Part shown: positions 13,427-25,191 of the stretch, piece after piece
Layout: each line of letters starts with the position of its first letter
Numbering within the stretch: the stretch's first letter is position 1
Source: Spizellomyces punctatus DAOM BR117
Taxonomy: Eukaryota
DNA: 64,000 nucleotides
Strand: one strand, 5' to 3'
Assembly: GCA_000182565.2 (NCBI GenBank)
Contig: KQ257453.1
Position numbers and translations under genes: made by a program
Notes under the pieces: model-generated
What the model saw: the letters and a program-made list of their open reading frames with translations, nothing else
Database searches by the model: none
What the model was told of the DNA's origin: nothing

Positions 13427-15435
13427 CTAAGCCCTATGCACTCCAACCTGTACATCCCTCGGCACCCCAGTCCTAACCTGATACGCCTTGATAGCATTCC
13501 CAACAACGCTGACACCCCCCAAAGCCGTAAACCCTAACCAAACGCCATCCCGTCTCGCCATTGGTGCAGTATAAGCCAATAATCCCAGCGAAGCGACGGA
13601 TCCAATGTCATATCCACGCCGCGCGTCGCCAGTTTTGAGCAGATACCCAGAAAATGCAAACAAACCAGAGAGGGTCGCCATGCACAGTGTTGACGCCGGG
13701 TTGCGAAGGCGCACGTGAGCGTACCCTGTTCCCGCCCCGCAGAGAGCTGCAAGCGTCCAGTGGGGCAACGGGTCAAGAGATGTTGAAACGGAGGAAACGG
13801 TCCCTGCTGCGGTTTGGGGGGTGGTAGGATTTGGATTGTATACATCTACGCGGGGAGCAGTGGCATCTGACACGTTTTTGCGAACGGTGTAGTCGACATC
13901 TTCCAGTTTTTGACGCACATTGTGTTGGACATCTTCGGCTCTCTGTTGTAGGTTGTGACCGGCGTCTTCAATTTTTTGTTTTGTGGCATGGGAAATGTCT
14001 TCGGACTTTTGCTGGATGTTGTGTAAGGTATCTGAAGGTGGTGTTGATGAGCGGAACCACGAGAACCATCCAGACGGTCTTTGTTCCTCAACTTTTTCTT
14101 TAACATTCTCAGATGCTTCGCGGACCTTTTCAGCCGCTTCGTGACCGATCTGCTCGGTTTTCTGTTTGGTACCCCACCAAGTATTGAAAGCAGTTTCTTT
14201 GGCGGACTCGAGGGTCTGTTTGGATTCGTTCCAACCTCGTTCGGCGACTTCGTCTGCTCGACGTGATACGTCGGCCGCTCCCCGTTCCGCTCGATCCACC
14301 ACTGAATCAAGATTTTGTTTTGCGGTACGGGCTGCGCTCGCGGTTTTTTCAGTAACATCGTGGCCAATGTCCTCCGCTTTGCGTTTGGTACCCCAAATAG
14401 TATCGAAAAATCCTTCCTTGGCTTGATCGGCTTTGTGTTCTACGGTGTGAACAGCACTTCCCAGGGCAGATTTGGTCTGTTCGTAGCTTTTCTTGCCCAA
14501 GTCTGCCGCATGTGTGGCTGCTTGTTGAGTCTTTTCAGCAGCATCATGGGCGACTTGTTCTGTTTTGGCTTTGGCACCCCATATGGAAGAAAGGAATGAA
14601 TCGCCTACTTCTTCCGCCTTATGCTCCACGCGGTGAGCGGTGTCTGTTACGGTGCGTTTTGTCTGATTGTAGCCTTCTTTCCCCAGTTCTGCTGCGCGGG
14701 TGGCAGCAGATTGAACCTTGTCAGCTGCTTCATGTGCCGCGTCCTCAGTCTTTTTCGTGGCGCTCCAGATGGAGGACAGAAACCCCTTCCCAGCCTCATC
14801 CGCTTTACTGGCCACCTGGGCAGCTCGTTGAGAGGCACGTTCAGTCGCGTCCTCGACTGACTGTTTGCTCACTTCATATCCGTGTCGCCCAGCGTCTGCC
14901 GCACGATCTACGGATCGTTTGGCGTTCTCGGCAGCCTCATGTGCAGCTTCCTCTGTCTTGTTCTTTGCTCGAAACCATGAACTCCACATTGCATCCTTTG
15001 TCTCTTCAGCCTTTTCCTTTGCTGACGACACTGTGTCCTCTACATCGCGCTCAACCCTTTTCGCCCCCTGTTCCAGACCTTTTAGAGCATTCTCCGAGCG
15101 ATCTCTTGCATATTCGTATCCTTCCGCAGCGGCTGCACGAGCAGACTGTGCATATCCCTCAGCACCGTGTCGAACATCTTCATATCGCTGTTTTGTGTAA
15201 TGTGCAATATCTTCCGCCGACTGTTTGCTCGCATGAGCAATGTTTTTGCCACTAGTCCGATCATCTGTGGAATGGGCAACTGAGGAGCATGTGAGTTATG
15301 TGAGACGCCGTGGTTCCTTGAACCCTTTAACCTACTGTCTTCGGTCGTTTGTTTTGCTTCGTGGGCCACATCTTCTGCTTTCTGACGAGCGTTGTGGACG
15401 GGATCGTCCGTACGTGAGCCAAACCAGCCAGCCAT
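13427..15435 (-). CDS. LEA/apolipoprotein-like helical repeat protein with C-terminal TMEM14 (Tmemb_14)-like membrane domain, 2 exons
   Basis: Starts MAGWFGSRT at 15435, one intron ~15332-15266. A/E/K/Q-rich repeats with a recurring FLSSIWG-K-KTE-AH-AA motif. C-terminal P-HWTLAALCGAG-GY...LFAFSGYLL...G...GSVASLGL segment is typical of TMEM14. Confidence 0.75.
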
Positions 15436-16731
15436 ATTTCTTCCTGTCAAGTGTGTAAGTTTTTGAGTGGGTGAATATTGGAAGAAGAAGAAGAAGAAGA
15501 AAAACAAGCGTCCATTCCCTTTATACCCATGGTGGAGCGGAGCAATCGCATGACGTGTGCAGAACAACACAGATCCCTGCGCGGACAAAGACTCGCGTCA
15601 TCATTACGACCACGCATTGGAATGGGATGGAGTGCTCACGAGAATATCATGTGACTATTTTTCAGATTTTTAAAGTTTAAAAAGAGATGGGAATTGGCAA
15701 GACTTGGGTTCACCTTCTTCCACCGATATCTGTTTGAGTTGACAATCTGCCCTCCTTCCAATATGGAATAAAACACGAAGGCACATTTCACATCTCAACG
15801 ACATTCTACGTTTTAACAAAAGCCGCGAACAATTAAGCCGGCAGGTGATCCTTCTCTTCCTTGGATCTCACTGTGACTATGCTTTGCGAAGACGAATCCG
15901 TGCGACGAGGTCTGTGATGCGCGCCCTTACGGGAATTGCGCTCTGGACCTTGTACCGTGGGAAATGTCTGTCTGCCCTTTTTATTTCAATGGAGGGCCAG
16001 GCCTGAATTTCTCGTACACTTTTTGTATGTTGTTGATTGTGGAGAAACCTTGCAACTGTCTGTGCAAGAGTTCAATGGCATGAACATGAGGAAAGGGTGC
16101 GCTCAGCCGTGTTGACACAAACATGGCATGTTAAGGTGGCGATGTTAGGATCTGTATAACTGATGCTACGTTATTGTCATCGGATGAGAAAAGCATACCA
16201 CAAAAACACAATGCATAACCAGTCCTGTGCAGCAATGTGGTGAATACGACAGAGAATACAGTACCAAATCATAAGGCAGAAATAAGCGTCTGTTTAAAGA
16301 CCCCCATGAGATGACAGCCCAAAATTAAAGTTGATGTCAATCCCCCCCAAAAACACCGCTGGGCAGTGATAACATTCTTGAAGCTGGGATCCAAAACACC
16401 ATAGAGTAGCAACAACACTCGAAAAACGAAACGAGTCTTTTGCTAATGCCGTATTTTCAATGCGTACGTTAAAAGAATCCAAACTGTTTGCGCGAAACAT
16501 TATATCACCATGACACACGTCCCCCTCTCCCCAAACTCTGCATGCGTGCTTATTCCTGCATTTTCTCCCCGTAGACCATTGTCGTTCCATTTGCACCATC
16601 GCATGCTTCGTTCGCTTTTTCAGCACACTGTTATCAACAAGAGTACTTTGAGCCGCATCCCAGAACGCGTCCACGTTTTATCACTTTTGCAGATCCACTT
16701 GGATTTCACACTGCGACGGACAACCACCACT

Positions 16732-19700
16732 ATGCCTCAAGCACACACAAACCGTCTTGCAAAGGAACAATCGCCATATTTGTTGCAGCATCAGCATAAT
16801 CCTGTGGATTGGTATCCTTGGGGTAGGCTATCCGAACTTTGTCTCTGTGATCACAATCGGACTCATCAATGGCAATAGGTGACGAAGCCTTTAAGGTTTC
16901 AAAAGATGAGGATAAACCGATATTTTTGAGCGTGGGATACTCTACATGCCAGTGAGTTTTGTGCCGGTGTCACCGTTGATTGTTTGCTGCTTGAAGTGAA
17001 CATGCGAGATATATTATTAATGCTATTCCCAATAGCTGGTGTCATGTCATGGAAAAGGAATCGTTTGAGAACGAGGACATTGCAAAGATCATGAACGATG
17101 GATTTGTAAAGTATGTAATTGTCTCTTTACGGACGTTGTCCCCAATCTAACCATGAGCGGTGGCCTCTATGTTGGTAAATTGACCTGTCATGTCCATAGC
17201 ATCAAAGTGGACAGGTAAGGTCCCTTAGAAGGCATTTCCACTATACCTGCTTGACAAAGCGAATGCACAAAATCAGAGAAGAACGACCCAACGTTGATAG
17301 AGTGTACATGGTGAGATTCTGCATCCATTCCATTACAAACAAATAGTGCCCAACACTAACACGGTGGTCCAAGACGTTTGTTCAAGCTACGACTGGGCAC
17401 GGTGGATGGTACATACCCGAAGTGATTGAAGGATTGATAATGGGCATGCAATTAATCTGGCTTCTGGTCACGGCACACAGGCCAATGTCTGTGTTTTTAA
17501 CACCAGACCTCAAGCCCATTTTTGGCGGCACATATTTTCCACCTGATGATCGGTGGGGTATGTACTACGAGTTCGATTCTATCTTTGTTTATGCAAGGAG
17601 GATGGCAATAACAATATCTGTGAAATGCTTTTACGTACAGGACAACCAGGATTTCCGACGGTTCTGAGGCAGATCAGCAAAATGTAGGATACTTGGCATT
17701 CTTGTTGATTGCGAACGATCCATGACAATAGTTTCTATCAGGTGGACTACCAATAAGACGAAAATGATGGAAAGCGGTGACAGGATTATTGATGCTCTGC
17801 GTGACGGATTGGAGGTTAGTCGAATCCATTCTATCTCCAAACACATAAACCATAGTCATTGTTTTGTGATAAATGATAAAGTCCAAGCCCGGATCTCGGT
17901 CAATTCCGGTGGAAGCCATTTCATGGACGGTGCTTGACAAAGCGTACGGGTATTACAAAAAGACGTTTGATGAAAAGTATGGTGGATTTGGAGGTTGGTA
18001 TGTCAGGACTACTGGTCATTTAGCACATTTTGATTTCGTGTCCTAACCCGTTACGTCCAGATGCTCCCAAGTTTCCCACACCCGTCAACCTCTACTTTCT
18101 TCTTCGGTTCCACAAGTATGCCGCTCCTCTGGAGCATATTCTGCAAAACCTCTCCAATGCGTCAGTCGGCGTTTTGCGAACACTTGCCACACGGTACGGG
18201 CTTGGATTGAGGATCGGAGATGGCGGTTTGGTGGAGACGCAGGAGATTGTAGATGCGGTTCGAAAGGGGCTAACACGTCGCAAAGAGGAAAGCGCTGAGG
18301 CATTGAAGATGGTGGAGTTTACTTTAAAGGTAAGCATTTTACAGAACAGTAAAACCCTGTTATTTTTTTTTGGTTTTGACTTTGGTATTTAGCAAATTGC
18401 TCGAGGCGGGAGTAAGTATCCATGATTCATCTGCCATCAGTTCACATCTCACATTATGCAGTTCACGACCATATTGGACGGGGATTTCACCGATACAGCG
18501 TGGATAGAACGTGGCATGTCCCGCAGTAAGTCCATATGTACCCTGTTTCTCCCTCATACTAACAATGTACTAATTCCTTATATTAAGCTTTGAAAAAATG
18601 CTCTATGACCAAGCCCAGCTTCTTACGGCCTACACAGAGCTGTTCACGATAACAAAAAATGAATATTTTGCAGAGGTGGCGTGCTTTGACAGGCGAACAG
18701 CCTCAACAGCAACACTCATATTGAATTGATTTTGGACGCTACAGGTGGCGGCGGATATCGTAACTTATCTTTCCGAAAATCTCTTGAGTCCCGGTGGAGG
18801 GTTTTTCTGTGCCGAAGATGCAGATTCTTACCCGTACGTTGGGGCTAAAGAAAAGAAAGGTACATGAGAAACGTTGTGGTGGGCCATCTTGAGCATTTCA
18901 GTGATGGTCACCTCCTTAGAGGGTGCCTTTGCCGTGTGGGAGTACGACGAGATTGTCAACATTTTGGATCAACGGACTGCGGAAGTATTTATTTATCATT
19001 TTGGAGTGGAAAAGAATGGGAATGTGGACAGGCGATACGACCCGCATGGAGAGTTGGCCAACAAGGTACGGAAAGTCAAGGCTCGTTTGCTGGGTTCGAG
19101 GTGTTGTTCAAACATTCACCGCCGTGCCCGATTTTTCCTCAGAATATCCTTTATGAGCGACATACGATCGACGAAACTGCAAAGCATTTCAATCTTGGTC
19201 CAGACCAGGTGAAAGAGCTCCTCGAAAAAGCCAAATCCATTCTCCGGGAAAAGCGTGCGACGCGACCCAAACCTCATCTCGATGACAAAATAATTACCAG
19301 CTGGAATGGTACAGTATATCCCCATTACTGCCATAGTCAAAAGAGCTTACTTACGCCTCCTTGCAGGGCTCACTATCTCTGCACTTGCCAAAGCCCACCA
19401 ACACATTGTCATCGGGGGACTTGGCGCAGGTGGAATGGGGACATCCACCAGGCTATTGGATCTCGCACGCAATGCAGTGGGATTCTTAAAAGAGAACATG
19501 TACGACAACGAGAAAAAAGTTCTGAAGCGGAGCTTCAGGCAAGGTGCATCGGATGTAGAAGGGTTCGCGGACGATTATGCGTTTTTGATCAATGGTTTGC
19601 TGCTCTCTTACTGCAATTCTCTTTGCGCATTATTGGAAAACTCACCAAATTTGATACACCGGTAGGCCTATTGGATTTATACGAAGCGAGCGCGGATGAG

Positions 19701-20416
19701 AGTTACTTGCAGTGGGCTATCGACCTGCAAGCCACCCAGGATCGCTTATTTTGGGATGAAGTGGGTGGAGGCTACTATAGCGGAGCAGTGGATGATAAGA
19801 ATATCTTGTTAAGGTTGAAAGAAGGTCAGATACGCTAGCTTGTTTTTTGAGTCTGGCTGACATTCCCACATGTTCTCATGAGTTGATCGTGTCAATTCAG
19901 AACATGATGGCGCTGAACCCGCGCCATCTGCTGTGGCCTCCTGGAACCTCCTGCGGTTATACAACATTGTTCCGTCGGCTGGCGATTACCATGAGAAAAT
20001 GAAAAAGACATTCGAAGGTTTCGCGGAGCAGCTTACGACCCACCCACAGGCGATGGCCTTTTTGGCTTCTGTGCTGGGTACTTTTGTAGTGGGGACGAAG
20101 AAAGTCGGTTGATTGGCCGTCTTAGTATCCACCACTTGAAATCTAACCATGTCTTTAAAATCCGTAGGTGATTGTTCATAATCCTGTCAAGCAACCGTCT
20201 AGTCTACTGCAAATTATCCAGTCCCAGTTCTTGCCTAATCGCATCTTGCTCCATGCTATACCTGACTCAAACGTCATTCCTCGTTACAATGAAACATTTA
20301 AAGCAATCTTGGAGCACCCAGCGGATACGGAGCAAGTGTTTGTGTGCAGTGGGGAGGAATGTGGATTACCTGTGCGAACGACGGAGGAAGTTGAGCGAGC
20401 GTTGAGTGAGGGATAA
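16732..20416 (+). CDS. SPATA20: SPATA20/YyaL-family protein (thioredoxin-like DUF255 + six-hairpin glycosidase-like), many exons
   Basis: [103 protein letters not shown]. Confidence 0.93.
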
Positions 20417-22823
20417 TGAAGCAGTTTACCGGGGATTGTTGATCTAGGCTGCATGATCTAGGGTGCTCTTTGGGTCAGTTTAGGATATGTCAAAGCATAC
20501 GGATGTATTTGCATTTGGATCAAAGACAATATTGGCACACACGCACAAAATGGCAGCCTAAACTGCGCATATTGGTAACGAATGAAGCTTTAAAGCTTTT
20601 ATTGAACTATATAATAGCATAACTGAGTTACGATCTATTGATGTATCTCGGTACCGTGGTTCGCAAAAATTCCATGATAACTTTATCCAAGAAAGTACAC
20701 TTTGATCATCCACGTCTAAACCATGGAGTCTTACACAGCAACATTGCATCAATGTTAGGGCCCTTACGCACTCGTCTCGCACCATTCTGCCATCGTGCTG
20801 TGAGTTGAATCTTTTTATACCTACGACTCTCGATATCCCGCTGCCCTATAAGACTAGGTACCCGAACCCTGAACGCTAATACACGGGGATTTGAACTAGC
20901 GCAGTTTTTGTTATTGGTGACATTGGGATCCACAGACAGTTTTTGGTTGTTAATCAAGCCAGTACTCTGGATGTTGTGTGTAAGCATTGTGTTTTGTAAT
21001 GGCCCCCAAATTCAGGGCCTACAGACTAGGTAACTCTAGCAAAGCATGGCTTTATAGGTAGAATAGTTCGTGGCATGATGCACTTTAAAAGTTGAACCTG
21101 CTCGCACACCTTTTGATCTCATTTGAGAGTGGCATAACTGCCGAGACAACTGGTTAACCAGTTTCAATAATCTTGAATTTTGCATGGAACAGTGTTAAGG
21201 GTGTTGTGATATCTGAGCTGCAATCTAGATCAACTTGAGATTTGATCACCAGCCCACTGCCTATGTACGTCCTTGTATGCACATATAGGTGGTAAAAAGC
21301 AGCGTTCTTCGCTCGCTCGCCATGAGATTCGCAAATTGCCATACTGTTGACAACGTGTAATTCTTTTACATACATGGCATGTGCTGTTTCTAGACAGTTC
21401 AGCAGCTTGAATTGTATTTAGCTTGTCGTAAGCCACAGACTTGCCACTGTGTAAGCCAACTCTTTGTAAGATGACCTTTCAAGATCAAACGCAAGGCTTG
21501 GTTTCAATTTTTTGAATTACGAGAAATCTATGTAATGCCATGATTTCGGAGCGTCCCCATCATCCACAAACAAGTTGGGCTTTCGTCAGTCTTTCGTCTC
21601 CCTTGACCCAACTAATATCCCTAATATTGTTTTTTTGCATAGAAGACACTTTAGCTTGCCCATTCACCGTTTGGACGGCGGGGAGGTTATCGACATGAAT
21701 GTGACGGTCCGCGCCCCTCACGCCTGTGAAAGGCCCATGAAATTTGCGGTGAGAGTCGCTTGAACCATTTTTCTTTTTCTTTGCAGACTCATGCAGCAGC
21801 CAAAGTATGTTCATTGTTGCGGATGAACACGGATGTGGTGGTTTGGGTCTAGTTCAAAAGGTTTTTTTGCCCACGAAATTTACTCTTTCATGAGGGGGCT
21901 TAATAGCATGAATTCGTATACTGGGGCTTGGAGGGGAATTTCTAGTCTTTGCGTCCAAATTCACTCTGTTTAGGCAATCTTTGTAGCATTCCTTCCTAAG
22001 CTCAAGTGAATATCCACAAGCCGCCGTCATGTTCGTGTGCAGCAAATGAACTTTATTTTTGCGGCAAACAGCCCAATCTTTAGAAACAGCATGGCTGAAA
22101 ACTTCCAGGGTCCTCCTCACAAGATGATCAAAAATCTTTTGAGAGTAATTTGTCTTGGATGGTCATTCCGTCGTGAAAGCTCCAAAGGCAATTGTCTTGC
22201 AGACGCAGCTGCGCCAAACAAGAAGGTCTTGAAACCGCCTCAAAAGACAAAACAAAAAATCATTTTGCAAAGTGTAATCTCCTACGATCAGTCAATTGGG
22301 GCCTTCACCGCAAAATCCGTCTCCCTTGTCTCCCTTGGCCGTTTGGAGCCTTGAAAGCTTGGTTTGAACAAAACATGTAGCTTCGCCCCCCAAAAAAACA
22401 CCTTTCAAGAACAATGTCCATTGGCAACCCCAACTCCGTAGTTTGGTCAAGTCAGTTTTTGGTAAATTATTCCTTTAACTTTTGCATGCAATTTGTAGGA
22501 TTAAATTTTTTGTTTTTATTTATTCTTGATGTCCAAAACGGAGCGCGCAGCAGATGTTTTATTTTTTTTAAATTATTAGGCATACAGAGACTAGTCATGC
22601 ATCAAAGCAAAAATAATCAAAAAAAGGAATTTTGCATAGGCGCATTCTATGGCGTGGCGTTTGGTAAATGGCACGTTGGACGTTGATATTGACTTTTACG
22701 AAAACCGTGGGGTTTTCCCCACTTTCCTGCGGAGAAGCTCCGCACCGCGTCCGACGGTCTGCTCTCTAGCGATGCTCAAACGATGGTTAGAAATTCCATC
22801 GTCAACGATGGGACGAATTTTCT

Positions 22824-22831
22824 TATAAAAG
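22824..22831 (+). promoter_or_regulatory. TATA box of the secreted peptide gene
   Basis: TATAAAAG about 110 bp upstream of the ATG, followed by a CAA-rich 5' UTR. Confidence 0.55.
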
Positions 22832-22935
22832 GATGCCCTCTGGCTTCCCCAAGATCAAAATCATCCCACTCAACAACACTCAAATCCAATCAACACTTTC
22901 AACCCTTCGGTTCTAAACCTCATCAACAACAAATC

Positions 22936-23196
22936 ATGCAGTTCAAGACTCTCATCGTTGCCCTCGTTGCACCCGCTGTCCTGGCCCTCGCTGCCAGTGC
23001 CAACCCTGTCCCAGCCAACGCTGTGGCCGCTGCCTCCGAGATCAACAGCGCTGACTCCCTCGTGAACCTTGAGAGGAGAAGGTGTCCCCGCAAGACCTGC
23101 GACCCCAACAACGTTGCCAACAAACTCTGCTTTGGCAAGAAGAACTGCGGTGAGGACGGTCCCTGCGTCTCCTGCTGCCTCGCTTTCTGCATTTAG
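22936..23196 (+). CDS. Small secreted cysteine-rich prepropeptide (86 aa)
   Basis: Signal peptide MQFKTLIVALVAPAVLALAASA, pro-region, LERRR processing site, 8-Cys C-terminal peptide; strongly C-ending codon bias; TATAAAA at ~22824. Confidence 0.85.
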   Translation: MQFKTLIVALVAPAVLALAASANPVPANAVAAASEINSADSLVNLERRRCPRKTCDPNNVANKLCFGKKNCGEDGPCVSCCLAFCI

Positions 23197-23505
23197 ATCT
23201 CGTAAGTAGTGTGTTTTTCAACTACATCTTTTGATGGAAAAAGACAACTAACATTACTGTATCAGTGTCCAACTACACATGGATTTGGAAAAATAGTCAG
23301 ATTTACAGATAGTCATATATTGTTTATAAATATTAATATGTTGAATGTTTTGCTCGTCCAAGTCTGCGTCCAAACTGAAGATTGCTTATGTTATCCATTG
23401 CTGGGGCTTTGTCAGCTGGGATGTTTTTGGACCAAGTGGCAATGCCAGCGTCGCGAATCTTTCAACGATTTCTTTGAGCAAACTTCAACAGCCCATCATC
23501 TTCCG

Positions 23506-23898
23506 ATGAACAATATCCGCCCAAACCATCTGATTGCAGTCCCCTTCCTCCTGGGTGGCGCATGGAGCCTATTAGCTCCAGGGCATATGCTGGCGATGAG
23601 CACTACATCCGACTTTTATCCTCCCAATCCCCAAACCACTGAAGAAAAAAGAACCGTCCGTGCATCAAAGTTCCTCGCGCGCGGCTTTGGATCTCAAGCT
23701 CTGATATGCGCAACATGTTTGCTCACCATGCAGCCTACTCGGCTGTTTTACAGAGCATATGGTTTTTCTCTTGTACCATTTTTGATATTTGATTATTTGG
23801 CGGTTAAGAGTCGGGCTTTGACGGTTGTGGGAGGTGCTTTGGATTTTGTTGGGAATGTAGCAATGTTGGGACTCTGTTGGTGGGGTTGGTCGCTTTGA
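23506..23898 (+). CDS. Small intronless membrane protein (130 aa, ~4 TM), unknown function
   Basis: Hydrophobic ORF with RGFGSQA, LVPFLIFDY and LDFVGN motifs. Confidence 0.7.
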   Translation: MNNIRPNHLIAVPFLLGGAWSLLAPGHMLAMSTTSDFYPPNPQTTEEKRTVRASKFLARGFGSQALICATCLLTMQPTRLFYRAYGFSLVPFLIFDYLAVKSRALTVVGGALDFVGNVAMLGLCWWGWSL

Positions 23899-25191
23899 GA
23901 ATTGCTCGTTTCATATCGTCAGTTTTGTGGTGTTGTCAATGAGTACAAGGTTGAGGACAGGTTGAATATAAGGACTTGTACAATCGAGAGGTCCTGCACA
24001 CGGGTGGACATTGAACTTGAACCATTCAATATATCCGTACCTTTGTTGGGCATATCATGTTAAGCAACGTCCACTTGGCATTTGATATGCAACTTCCAAT
24101 ATGAAATGACCAACTTCCTTCTTTCACCTGACATAACGTTTTGTACGGCCAATGTCCGCTGAGTAAACGTTGAAGCGAGACGTACTTGTACAATCTGCTG
24201 AGCGGGTCCAATCTAGCAGATCGCAAAAAGTATAAAACATGAGAGCAGTGCTACTCGATGGGTGTTCGACGCGGCTCGAAACCAACGACCGAAAACGCTT
24301 TATCTAGCAAGCTCTCCCGTGGATTCATAACAACCTTCACCTGTGTTTAAACGGTGTCCTAATCCTCCTCGTTCTTCGTATTCAAACGTAAATCACATCC
24401 AACACTGTCATTCGCGCATAATGCCGCCCATTTGCAGAAAAGTAAAAGTTGCCTCTATCTCAAAGCAACCTGCACTGATCTTGCCAGCCGAACGTAAGGC
24501 AGACACACTTTTGCACACTATAACATATGCCATGGAACTTTAATGTTATCATTTTGTTTATTCTCAATGTTTACCGTACCGTAGTCTATTTCAGGTAATA
24601 CAGAGCCCCCCAGGCTGGATTTGTCAATAAGGGTCAAAAACCCCCTCTATCTAACCCCTCCTCTACGAATCAAGTCACTTGGATGTCTGTTTCATCAACA
24701 GGCTATATCAAAGATGGGTATTCCTACACAACGGGAAAACGATTGATGAAAAATGGCGTCACAATACAATTAGGTTCTTGTAAAAGCCACCATGTCTGGC
24801 AATACAAAGCATATCTATCAATACCCTCAATGTACAATGTATTTTTTGGTAAGTATTTTGAGGCGATGAATAGGTATATTAGGTAAAATATCCCCAAAAT
24901 ATATTCCGTGTTGTAGCCCCCCAATTGCATATAAATAAATTCCCTTACATCTACACGGCTGTGGTTTGGTGAGATGGATGGACCGCTTGGTACAAAAAAC
25001 AGTGTCTGATCTAGCTTGTTTTTTTGATTGTTCCAAAATTAGGTTGACACTGGTCTACATCCGGCAGAATACTTTGCAGTTATGCGAGTTTGGTCGAGCC
25101 CCCAAAAAAAACCTTTACATAGGCTTATTACCAACAACTGGTCGACACGCCCGACTCGTCTGCTTTTGCGGTTCTTGTCGACTAGCTTGAG

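Noticed and set aside
13831..15255. Long + strand ORFs opposite the LEA-like gene
   Set aside because: Antisense shadows of a repetitive coding sequence.
16940..17050. Selenocysteine in the SPATA20 CxxC motif
   Set aside because: The spliced motif reads TGC CAC TGG TGT (CHWC), with no in-frame TGA.
22936..23196. Hydrophobin call for the 8-Cys peptide
   Set aside because: Only one CC doublet and too short; hydrophobins have two doublets.
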